A stretch of 64,000 nucleotides of DNA from Patescibacteria group bacterium. Its GTDB lineage: Bacteria > Patescibacteriota > JACPGU01. This document shows positions 34,500-42,739 of the stretch, in pieces. Position 1 is the stretch's first letter. The number at the start of each line of letters is the position of its first letter. The stretch is taken from positions 573,393 to 637,392 of the forward strand of contig JAKLDG010000001.1 of assembly GCA_022703645.1 (NCBI GenBank). Direction: 5' to 3'. Position numbers and translations under genes: made by a program. The notes under the pieces are model-generated. The model was not told the DNA's origin. It searched no databases and was given only the letters and a program-made list of their open reading frames with translations.

Positions 34500-35192
34500 C
34501 TATATTCTAGCTTTTATGTGATTGCCACCATTATCATAATTTAGAGATTCAGCAAGACCGCATGCATTCCATATGAGATCGAAAAGTGGCCTCAAAATAG
34601 TTTCCGGTTTCTCATCGTAAGAATTTATTATAATACCCGGCAGATCCAGATTATCCCTATCAATGGGTGCACCATCATAAGAAGAATACGCTGGACCAGT
34701 GGCCATGCCACAACCACCAACGCCAATAAGAGTTAAAAATATCATCATGGGCATATTTACGCCTAGATCTTTTAGAATTTTCAAATATTCCGTTAAAGAA
34801 TCTATCAATACGTTTTCAAGTGCCAAGCCTTTGATTGTTTTGCCTTCTCTACATGATGCCAAGGACAGACAATCTACTGCCTCTACAATTCCATTCCTAT
34901 AAAGTTGAACATATGAGGCTGTCTTATTGATATCATTCCCGCCACAAGCGAGAACCCCATCTACATTTATTCGACTGATATCGGGTCCTCCATGTATCGG
35001 ACTAATAGATACTGTGCGATCAAATAAAGTGCTCAAATCCAAACTGTACTCATAGTCAAGCGTGCCCAGAGGAATCAAATGTAAAATTATTCTGTTTTCG
35101 TATGATAACGAGACTGGCCTTTCATCTGAAACTATTTTCCGCACCATCTCTTTTTTTATACCGTCTATCTTTTCTATTTCACTTTGCTCCAT
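34500..35192 (-). CDS. Hypothetical protein (operon partner)
   Basis: 230-aa ORF, 14-bp gaps to both neighbours; no family recognised. Confidence 0.5.
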   Translation of the reverse strand: MEQSEIEKIDGIKKEMVRKIVSDERPVSLSYENRIILHLIPLGTLDYEYSLDLSTLFDRTVSISPIHGGPDISRINVDGVLACGGNDINKTASYVQLYRNGIVEAVDCLSLASCREGKTIKGLALENVLIDSLTEYLKILKDLGVNMPMMIFLTLIGVGGCGMATGPAYSSYDGAPIDRDNLDLPGIIINSYDEKPETILRPLFDLIWNACGLAESLNYDNGGNHIKARI

Positions 35193-35206
35193 TTATTTCT
35201 CCATTT

Positions 35207-35434
35207 CTAATTCATTAATTTTCCTATCGCATTAAACCATTCTTGCTCTAATTTTCTTACTTCTTCACGCATTTCTTCCAATTTATTAAGAGATTCAATG
35301 GTTAATACTTTCTCCGGCATTTTTTGTTTCTCGCCTTCCCATGAAATCGCCACAAATTTATCTCTATAATCTGCTAATTCATTTTCCGCTTTGACATATC
35401 GATTTGTAAGGTCATTAAATTCTTCTTGATTCAT
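35207..35434 (-). CDS. Small charged, coiled-coil-like protein (first gene of operon)
   Basis: 75 aa, E/K/R-rich heptad-like sequence; ATG at 35432-35434. Confidence 0.45.
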   Translation of the reverse strand: MNQEEFNDLTNRYVKAENELADYRDKFVAISWEGEKQKMPEKVLTIESLNKLEEMREEVRKLEQEWFNAIGKLMN

Positions 35435-35465
35435 ATTTTTTATTCTTCCTAAAATTAGTTTTATT

Positions 35466-35499
35466 TAAGGGTTGGGATCAATTGACCCCAACCCTTTAT
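35466..35499. terminator. Hairpin, terminator-like (aagggttggg-N-cccaaccctt)
   Basis: Near-perfect inverted repeat 35466-35497 with a T-run on the plus strand; 8 nt beyond the DUF1508 stop. Confidence 0.45.
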
Positions 35500-35506
35500 T
35501 TTTCTC

Positions 35507-35674
35507 CTATGCAACCGGGGCTTTCAGCGCATTGCTCCTAACCCATGCCACTGAGTTGATTGCGCCTTGTTCGCTGTCATATTCTTCGGACCAACAAACA
35601 ATCCTATTATTACCAGCGATTAATCGCCAGTAAAATAGTCCTCGACTACTTTTGCGGATTTCAAATTTTACCAT
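35507..35674 (-). CDS. DUF1508 (YegP-like) small protein, 55 aa; absent from ORF track
   Basis: Own translation MVKFEIRKSSRGLFYWRLIAGNNRIVCWSEEYDSEQGAINSVAWVRSNALKAPVA*; AGAGGTG SD-like sequence 4 nt upstream of the ATG. Confidence 0.6.
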   Translation of the reverse strand: MVKFEIRKSSRGLFYWRLIAGNNRIVCWSEEYDSEQGAINSVAWVRSNALKAPVA

Positions 35675-35838
35675 TTGACACCTCTTAAACTTGCCTTAAT
35701 TAACCACAGAGGATATAATAAATATAACCTCTGTGGCCTGTGGATATTTAAAATATCGACACGGTTTTTACAAGAAACCATTTAAACCACAGATTGGTAT
35801 ATAACTCAAAAAATCAGGCTTGCCTGATTTTTTGTTTC

Positions 35839-36219
35839 CTAAGCAACTTCTTTTTTCTTCAAATTAACGACATACACCTCGCCAACTTCTGGCATATCAT
35901 ACTTTTCCCACTTATAGCGTCCATGAAACTCTTTGGGGTCTATATTGTTGGACCTAAAAAAGCTTCTAGCCACTACACTCCCGCCATAACCTTGCTTACT
36001 ATGTAAAATGCTAAACTTATTTTTTTCTGTTTCACTGTTAGTAAATTGGATTCCTATCGCTTTACTCCCTTCATCCCAAAAAAGCACCACAAATTTTATA
36101 TCTTTTATCCCATTATCAATGTAGAACTTTTGAGGGAACCCTATGCTGTTTGACTTTGTAATAGTGATGCGATCTTCAAGCCTTAAGTTTCTTCCTTCAA
36201 ACTTTTTAAAATTATACAT
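35839..36219 (-). CDS. Hypothetical protein
   Basis: 126-aa ORF; no motif recognised. Confidence 0.45.
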   Translation of the reverse strand: MYNFKKFEGRNLRLEDRITITKSNSIGFPQKFYIDNGIKDIKFVVLFWDEGSKAIGIQFTNSETEKNKFSILHSKQGYGGSVVARSFFRSNNIDPKEFHGRYKWEKYDMPEVGEVYVVNLKKKEVA

Positions 36220-36507
36220 GTTTTTATCGTTATTTAATAATTTTCATAAGTCATTATATCACATATCCCCATAATAGGTCAATAGTATTTTATTATTATC
36301 TACTATTAATATAATATTGCGCTTTATATCATAAAAAACAGCCATACAGACTGTTTTTGTTATTATATAATAGTATATCATTTTTTCTAATTGTCTACCC
36401 TTAACACAATTTTAGCTTTCTCATGTAATATCATAATCATCTTCTGATAACGTTCAATTCCATCATTTGAAAGTTTTTTACCATTGCAACTATTGGGGCA
36501 ATTGTTT

Positions 36508-37599
36508 TTACTTCCCAGATTTTCTACGGTTGTCTTCCTTGCATAGCATCTGACAATTTTTAGAAATTGTTTTTCCGCCTTCATGCCAGGGTTTTATATG
36601 ATCTGCTTCCATTTCTCCTATTTCAAAATGTTTCTTGCATTTTACGCATTTGCCTTTTTGCTTTTCATATGCTTCTCTTTTTTGTTTGTCCGTAAAAGCC
36701 CGGATATTTAAATATCTTTCATTTCTTGTTAAGACATACGGATAAACCCCGGATTTTTTGGTCACATCTTCATCTTGCATCAATTTGACAATTTCCTTTT
36801 CCATTTTTTTGGAATCAAACTTTTCATCTTTAAATTCATTGTACAGTTCTCCCCACTCCACACTACTCATCTCTCTACGATAATTCGTAAATGTTACCCG
36901 CACCCATGCAATCACTTCTTGAAAATACTCCCACAACTTGTCGGCATTCGCATCGTGCTGGTGTTTTGCCATATAATCTTCTATCTTGCCTTTGTTAATC
37001 CATGAGAGCGCGGTTTCTAAATACTCTTGGCGAATCGGCGAACCACCAACTAATTGCCCGCCGTCATTTGCCAGAAGATATGCCGCACAATGTGTTTTGC
37101 TAAACTTTAGTTTTGCATCAGAAAGCCATGGACCAGTATAGACAGCGTTGCGCAATTCTTGGTCATATAGCTTTTCTCCAGCGATGTTAATGATTCTAAA
37201 CCAGTCCAACCGTTCTTTGTCTGTGCCCTCGCAGAAATAAATCATCAATTCATAATCCAAAATCTGATTTTGTTCTTCGTCGGTCAAGTTATGAAAAAAG
37301 CGATCATTGAGTGAAAAGTCTCCGTTTATATATTGTCCTACGCTAATAGTGCGCTGTTGGCCATCCAAAACTTCAAAATTTCCCTGATCTGTCTTAACCC
37401 AGTACATCACGTTAAGTGGAAAACCATTTTTGATTGTTTCAATCACGGCGTCCCGTTGCTTGCCGTTATAAACAAATTCGCGTTGATATTTCGGACGAAT
37501 ATCAAGTTTGCCATCGTAAGCAACTACGCCTTCTTCGGCACTATCTTTATATCCGATAATTACTTTCCTTATTGGAATTCGATGTAATTCAATTTTCAT
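36508..37599 (-). CDS. DUF262 (ParB-like/GmrS-type) domain fused to HNH endonuclease
   Basis: YQREFVYNGKQRD and LDGQQRT; C-terminal CVKCKKHF...EADHIKPWHEGGKTISKNCQMLC. Confidence 0.78.
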   Translation of the reverse strand: MKIELHRIPIRKVIIGYKDSAEEGVVAYDGKLDIRPKYQREFVYNGKQRDAVIETIKNGFPLNVMYWVKTDQGNFEVLDGQQRTISVGQYINGDFSLNDRFFHNLTDEEQNQILDYELMIYFCEGTDKERLDWFRIINIAGEKLYDQELRNAVYTGPWLSDAKLKFSKTHCAAYLLANDGGQLVGGSPIRQEYLETALSWINKGKIEDYMAKHQHDANADKLWEYFQEVIAWVRVTFTNYRREMSSVEWGELYNEFKDEKFDSKKMEKEIVKLMQDEDVTKKSGVYPYVLTRNERYLNIRAFTDKQKREAYEKQKGKCVKCKKHFEIGEMEADHIKPWHEGGKTISKNCQMLCKEDNRRKSGK

Positions 37600-37600
37600 A

Positions 37601-38644
37601 TTATTTTTTTACTTTCTTATTTTTAATAATAACTCGCGCATAAGGAACATCAACAATCCCATCTGTCATCATATATAAATCACCGTCAACAGCGCCTCTT
37701 TTTTGAATTTCTTTTCTATATTTTTTATGTTCTTCTTTATATGGTTTGACACCAATTTCTATCCCTGAGTTAGATATGCCTAAACCAATTATTTCAAATT
37801 GTTCCGGATTATATTTATCGAGGAAAGTAATTGGTACGCCTATGGCACCATTATAGTCCATTGGAATTTCAGAATTTTTATCAACATTGATAGCGTCGTA
37901 ATTCTCATATTTTGGATACTCCTCAGGTGTGTATTTTTTGTAAAGAGTAATCTCTTGCTTATGTTTTTCAACCTCAAGATTTGTAAACCAACACGAAGTT
38001 GAAACTCTCGCAATTTTCTTGCCATTATTATCAATATGATGAAAAAGCTCCCAATCGTCTGGCACAATAAAAAACATGCCAACATTAAAGTTTGTATAAC
38101 CAGTACGAAGTTTGTTATCTTTAATAAGTTTAAACACTTCCTTATAGGTCATAGCGTTAGTATTACCAATAATCAAAAACTTTTTATCGTATTCGATAAG
38201 TTGTGATAGATATTCACGAAATAACGAAAACGGAGGATTGGTCACGACAATATCGGCTTCTTTTAGCAGTTTGATACACTCCTCGCTGCGAAAATCGCCA
38301 TCGCTTATCATTTCAGTTATAAACTCTTCCGGGTCGGGCATGCGATTGCCGTTTTTGTCTCCGGCGTATTCCAATTTATAAGGCGGTTCGTGAGTAAATA
38401 AATTTGCTTCTTTGTAATGCGTTGCAATTAATTTTTTCATACCAAGTTCTTCGAACTTCATGCTGAAATACTTAACAAAATTGCTTTCTTTTGGGTCATC
38501 GCAATTGCAAAATACCACTTTGCCACGAAATTGGTCTTTGTAGTGTTTTAGCTCATTTTCAATATCGGCGAGCTGAGTATAAAACTCATCTTTCTTCGCA
38601 GCGCTTGCCTTGTGTAAGTTTTTATTTGAAGATTTATTTTCCAT
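37601..38644 (-). CDS. N6-adenine-type DNA methyltransferase (amino-MTase, NPPF motif)
   Basis: DEFYT near N-terminus, VVTNPPF motif IV; 1 bp from the downstream gene, 9 bp from the upstream gene. Confidence 0.78.
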   Translation of the reverse strand: MENKSSNKNLHKASAAKKDEFYTQLADIENELKHYKDQFRGKVVFCNCDDPKESNFVKYFSMKFEELGMKKLIATHYKEANLFTHEPPYKLEYAGDKNGNRMPDPEEFITEMISDGDFRSEECIKLLKEADIVVTNPPFSLFREYLSQLIEYDKKFLIIGNTNAMTYKEVFKLIKDNKLRTGYTNFNVGMFFIVPDDWELFHHIDNNGKKIARVSTSCWFTNLEVEKHKQEITLYKKYTPEEYPKYENYDAINVDKNSEIPMDYNGAIGVPITFLDKYNPEQFEIIGLGISNSGIEIGVKPYKEEHKKYRKEIQKRGAVDGDLYMMTDGIVDVPYARVIIKNKKVKK

Positions 38645-38653
38645 ATAATATTT

Positions 38654-39124
38654 TTATAAGTTTAGAAAATCCCAACGATTTAAATACTTTTCATCTGGAT
38701 CATCAAATTTTCTCATTATAGTATCCTTATGTTTTTGTCCATTTTTTCCAGGTGTATCTAACCAATGTGAATGTCCTTTTTTGCAATATTTTGCCACAAC
38801 TTCACTTGGCACAATAAAAAACTCAGGATATTCTTTGCGTTTATTCAAATTAACAAAAATATAGAAAAAATTATTTGAGAAATAATCCTCTGCTTTTTGA
38901 TTTAGAATCCAACTCCTAGTTGGACTACTGCTTGCCTTTACTTGAATATTTACTGATTTACTGGCTTCAGAGTTTGAACATAGAATATCGATTCCTCTGG
39001 TGTTTCTCAAAATGATTGACGCGATATAACCTCTCTTCGATAATTCCGCGGCAACAAAATATTCTCCAGCTACACCAGTTAAAACAGACCCGATTTTTTC
39101 AGTTTCATTCTTAATGACTGGCAT
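38654..39124 (-). CDS. Small PD-(D/E)xK-like endonuclease-fold protein (putative)
   Basis: GEYFVAAELSKRGY...GIDIL...NIQVK spacing; 156 aa. Confidence 0.45.
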   Translation of the reverse strand: MPVIKNETEKIGSVLTGVAGEYFVAAELSKRGYIASIILRNTRGIDILCSNSEASKSVNIQVKASSSPTRSWILNQKAEDYFSNNFFYIFVNLNKRKEYPEFFIVPSEVVAKYCKKGHSHWLDTPGKNGQKHKDTIMRKFDDPDEKYLNRWDFLNL

Positions 39125-39169
39125 AAAATTAAGTTAATTTTATTTCTTCTATTTTACCATAAAAAATAC

Positions 39170-39210
39170 CTAAAAACAATTGAAAGAGGAGCTATACGAG
39201 CCCCTCTTTC
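39170..39210 (-). terminator. Rho-independent terminator after membrane-protein gene
   Basis: Minus-strand GAAAGAGGGGCUCGUAUAGCUCCUCUUUC followed by AAUUGUUUUUAGG. Confidence 0.6.
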
Positions 39211-39227
39211 AACAGTGAATACTAATT

Positions 39228-39884
39228 CTAGTTATAAGCGTCTATTTTCTTATCACCATCATTATCATAGAAACACATCGTGGTTTTACCGTGATAACAC
39301 CATTGCCACTGAGTGCCACTTCCATAATTTGAAGGCTTAGCAGAATCAGGCTCTCTACCAGCAGACGCCACTAGCATTTCATAAGTCATTCCAATCCAAA
39401 CATTTTGCTTTGCAACATCTTCACATATCTTCTTGGTCCAATCAGGATGTGCTGATTTGCATTTCTGCCCTTCTGGTGTAGCCTCATATGCTTTTTCTTC
39501 TGCTGCCAATTTTTCAAAAGCTTCTGCGGCCATATTAACTGCATCATAATCTAGTTCATCTTTATTTTGCTGAACTAAAGACGGCTTATTGAGACTCGAA
39601 GCTATATTATTAAATATAAGAAAGTTTAAGAAAAAGATGACAGCGAATACTGGCAAGATCGCTACAGCATTTATTACGGTTTTCTTTTTCTTGGAAAAAC
39701 CTTTTCTTGACCATAACCACCAAACAAGTAACCCCGTTATATAAACAGGTAAACCAAATAGCGGAACTGCCAAAAAATCGATATTAACTAACAACCCCAG
39801 TATAATCATCAGGGCAAATAAACCCGCGCCTGAAACAGCTATTATTTTACCCTTCCCCCACTTTTTAATTTCTTCTTGAGACAT
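39228..39884 (-). CDS. Membrane protein (3 N-terminal TM segments, Cys-containing C-terminal domain)
   Basis: 218 aa; hydrophobic N-terminal third. Confidence 0.55.
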   Translation of the reverse strand: MSQEEIKKWGKGKIIAVSGAGLFALMIILGLLVNIDFLAVPLFGLPVYITGLLVWWLWSRKGFSKKKKTVINAVAILPVFAVIFFLNFLIFNNIASSLNKPSLVQQNKDELDYDAVNMAAEAFEKLAAEEKAYEATPEGQKCKSAHPDWTKKICEDVAKQNVWIGMTYEMLVASAGREPDSAKPSNYGSGTQWQWCYHGKTTMCFYDNDGDKKIDAYN

Positions 39885-40065
39885 AAAACCTCCTTCTAAT
39901 TAAAATAACCACAAGAAAAACTTGTGGTATTTGATAATATTATTTCTAAATTTTATATTACATTTTTGTAACATGGTTCTTGGTCGGTTTTTATAATTTT
40001 TGGTGAAAAACACAAAGCTCCCCACCAGCGATCTCTTGCGAGACCCACACCCCTTTCGGGGCATG

Positions 40066-40118
40066 ACCGACCAAGGTGCTCTGATGGAGAGCTTTCTACC
40101 TTGGTCGGGTTTTATACC
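40066..40118 (+). other. Nested stem-loop (12-bp stem accgaccaaggt/accttggtcggg plus inner gctc-tgatgga-gagc) followed by T-run
   Basis: Read directly; 18-nt motif cttggtcggtttttata also occurs at 39979-39995. Confidence 0.4.
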
Positions 40119-40256
40119 ATATCCTACAGATATACTGCAGGGGTTAGGTAACTAAATTGTTAGTCCTATCTTAGCAGATAAAACACTCAAAGTAAAGCGT
40201 TATTGAGCTGGTCTTTTAACGCCTTTTATGCCATAATTTAAGAAATAAATATCATT

Positions 40257-40823
40257 ATGAAGAAAAAGACTATAAATAAAAATATAGAACCAGTATCCTT
40301 TCCCAAGCTTTTTGAATGGGGTTCGAGAAAGTCGAACAAACCTGTAATTTTGGATTATCTTAGTAAGCATACGGAAGTTAATATGATGAAATCATTAATG
40401 CCAAAGGGATTAGTAACACATGGAAATATGGCATCACAAATCAAGCTTAATCTACCAGATCGAAACATGGCAGATATTATAATAGATGGGATCGCAGCAA
40501 AGCTCAACGCTTCTGGAGACAAAATTGTTCTATATATCAATTCAAGTGGTGACTTGTATCAAAAAGGAGATCAAGAACATAAACACTCTTTCAAATTATC
40601 ATCTCTAAGATTTCAGATATTAAGAATTTTAAAAGATTCTTTTGTAAAGCCGGAATATATTAGACACGAAACCGATAGTGTAAGTGTAGGATCCGTCAGA
40701 AAAGCAGTTAATGAGATTAACAGCCAAGTGAAAATAAAGCTTGGCATTGAAAACAACATAATTGAGGGTAAAGGCGGTAGCGGATACAGGATTAATCCAA
40801 AATATAAACTAGAATTTATCTAA
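40257..40823 (+). CDS. Hypothetical protein (first gene of phage-derived module)
   Basis: 188-aa ORF; no SD; no family recognised. Confidence 0.45.
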   Translation: MKKKTINKNIEPVSFPKLFEWGSRKSNKPVILDYLSKHTEVNMMKSLMPKGLVTHGNMASQIKLNLPDRNMADIIIDGIAAKLNASGDKIVLYINSSGDLYQKGDQEHKHSFKLSSLRFQILRILKDSFVKPEYIRHETDSVSVGSVRKAVNEINSQVKIKLGIENNIIEGKGGSGYRINPKYKLEFI

Positions 40824-40968
40824 AGACAAAATGTCCTCGTAAGTGGAGTGGATAATGTTTATAGAAAATGGTCATTAAGGCCATTTTTTGTTTTGGAAAA
40901 CTCCATGTAGAGGTCGCTCCCAAAAAAATATAATGATTCCAAGTAATAACTAAACGGAAAGGAATCTT

Positions 40969-42342
40969 ATGTCAAAAGAAAAAATGACAAAGACAAGCGA
41001 CCTTAGGGTCGAACAGGTTGCAATCAGCAACCTAAAGCCCAGCGACTATAACCCGAGACGCTGGACAACCGATGCTATCAAGCAATTGCGAGACAGCATC
41101 GAGAGATTCGGATTAGTGGATCCCATAATATGTAACATTGCTCCAGGTCGAGAGCAGATTGTTATTGGGGGTCACTTCAGATTGAAGGTGGCGAAGGATC
41201 TGGGATTTAAAGAAGTCCCAGTTGTGTATCTTAATATCCCAGACATCGAGAAAGAGAAAGAGTTGAATATTCGCTTGAATAAAAATTTAGGCGAATTCGA
41301 TTTCGATTTGCTCAAAAGTTTCGGTGAGGATTTTCTATCGAATATAGGATTCTCATCCGAAGACCTCGATAGGATTTTTGAAGTTGAAGATACACCTGGG
41401 GTCTTCGATTTGGAAAAAGAATTGAAAAAGTTGGATATCAAAAACATTGAAATCCAAAAAGGAGATCTTTGGGATCTTGATGGAAGCAGAATGTACTGTG
41501 GTGACTCCACCATCGAAGAAGATGTGCTGGCACTAATGGGAAATGAAAAGGCCGACATGGTCATGACGGATCCTCCATATCTACTAAATTATCTTGTAGG
41601 CAAGAAAAAACACGGTCAAGCAACAGAAGGATTCGGATATAAAAGAGATCGCAAATATCTTGAAACAGACTTCTTACCCGAAGACTTCACAGAAAAATGG
41701 ATGGCCAATGTTAATAAAGTTCAAAAGGATGACTTTCATATTATCGTGTATGAAAACTGGAAGAACATTAGGACTATATGGGGCGAAATGGAAAAGTATT
41801 GGAAGGTCAAAAATATGATTGTGTGGCATTTGCCCAACCGTGTTCAGAACTTCTCATCAAAATATAAGTTGTTCAATAAGCATGACATAGCCATGGTTGG
41901 CACAGCCAAAGACTTGGAATTTAATTTTGAGCAAGAGAACAAGGAATTGCAAAACGAATATGATACTGCGCTTTATGCTATAGCCGGGAAGCCAGCGTGG
42001 GAGTCATATGAAAAAGGTAAAAAATATTGTCCTACCGACTTTATAGAATTCAACGCCGCCGATGAAAAAAGTTCTGGCCAAGGAATTATATTCGGCACCA
42101 AGCCAATCGAGATTCTAATTCCGTATATAAAAGTATTAACCAAAAGAGATGATTTAGTCCTAGAACCCTTCGGCGGTAGTGGTAGTACTTTAATAGCGGC
42201 AACAAAACTGAAACGCCGTTGTTTCCTTATGGAAAAATCGCCTGTCTACGCGGAAGTGATTAGAAAAAGGTGGGAAAACCTTACAGGCCTGAAAGCTGTG
42301 CTGATTTCCAAAAAGGAGGTGAAAGATGATAAAGCAGGATAA
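40969..42342 (+). CDS. ParB-like nuclease domain fused to DNA methyltransferase (beta-class amino-MTase)
   Basis: N-terminal ISNLKPSDYNPRR; MVMTDPPY motif IV before LEPFGGSGSTLIAA motif I; SD GGAAAGGAA upstream. Confidence 0.82.
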   Translation: MSKEKMTKTSDLRVEQVAISNLKPSDYNPRRWTTDAIKQLRDSIERFGLVDPIICNIAPGREQIVIGGHFRLKVAKDLGFKEVPVVYLNIPDIEKEKELNIRLNKNLGEFDFDLLKSFGEDFLSNIGFSSEDLDRIFEVEDTPGVFDLEKELKKLDIKNIEIQKGDLWDLDGSRMYCGDSTIEEDVLALMGNEKADMVMTDPPYLLNYLVGKKKHGQATEGFGYKRDRKYLETDFLPEDFTEKWMANVNKVQKDDFHIIVYENWKNIRTIWGEMEKYWKVKNMIVWHLPNRVQNFSSKYKLFNKHDIAMVGTAKDLEFNFEQENKELQNEYDTALYAIAGKPAWESYEKGKKYCPTDFIEFNAADEKSSGQGIIFGTKPIEILIPYIKVLTKRDDLVLEPFGGSGSTLIAATKLKRRCFLMEKSPVYAEVIRKRWENLTGLKAVLISKKEVKDDKAG

Positions 42343-42739
42343 GGTTCAGAAGGCATTACTAGAACAATTGGTTAAAATGCCAATTGTTCAGGTAGCAGTA
42401 GATAAGACCAGAATAAGCCGAGCTACATTCTACAGAATGATTAAGAAAAATAAGAAGTTCAAAGAAGATGTAGATAAGGCAATTGAACAAGGCAGGCTAC
42501 TTATAAATGATATGGCCGAGGTACAAATAATCTCGGCAATCAAGGACCGCAACATAACCAGCCTAATTTACTGGCTCAACCATAATCATCCAGTATACCG
42601 AACGAAGATCGAAATCGAAGCCAATCACAAGATGATTGATGGAAAAATAAGTAAAGAACAAGAATTATTAATTAAAAAAGCGATAGAACTAATATCGCCT
42701 AATCTACAGGAGGTTCAAGATGAACAAAATAACAAATAG
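42326..42739 (+). CDS. Putative terminase small subunit / HTH DNA-binding protein
   Basis: 137 aa with VAVDKTRISRATFYRMI HTH-like segment; overlaps both neighbours (17 and 20 nt); AGGAGGTG SD. Confidence 0.45.
   Translation: MIKQDKVQKALLEQLVKMPIVQVAVDKTRISRATFYRMIKKNKKFKEDVDKAIEQGRLLINDMAEVQIISAIKDRNITSLIYWLNHNHPVYRTKIEIEANHKMIDGKISKEQELLIKKAIELISPNLQEVQDEQNNK

Noticed and set aside
36387-36584. 65-aa minus-strand ORF overlapping the 3' end of the DUF262-HNH gene
   Set aside because: Overlaps the HNH-coding frame out of frame; no independent start signals.
40081-40095. CUGAUGGA resembling a hammerhead ribozyme core
   Set aside because: It sits in a hairpin loop; the three-stem hammerhead topology with GAAA and the cleavage-site triplet is not present.
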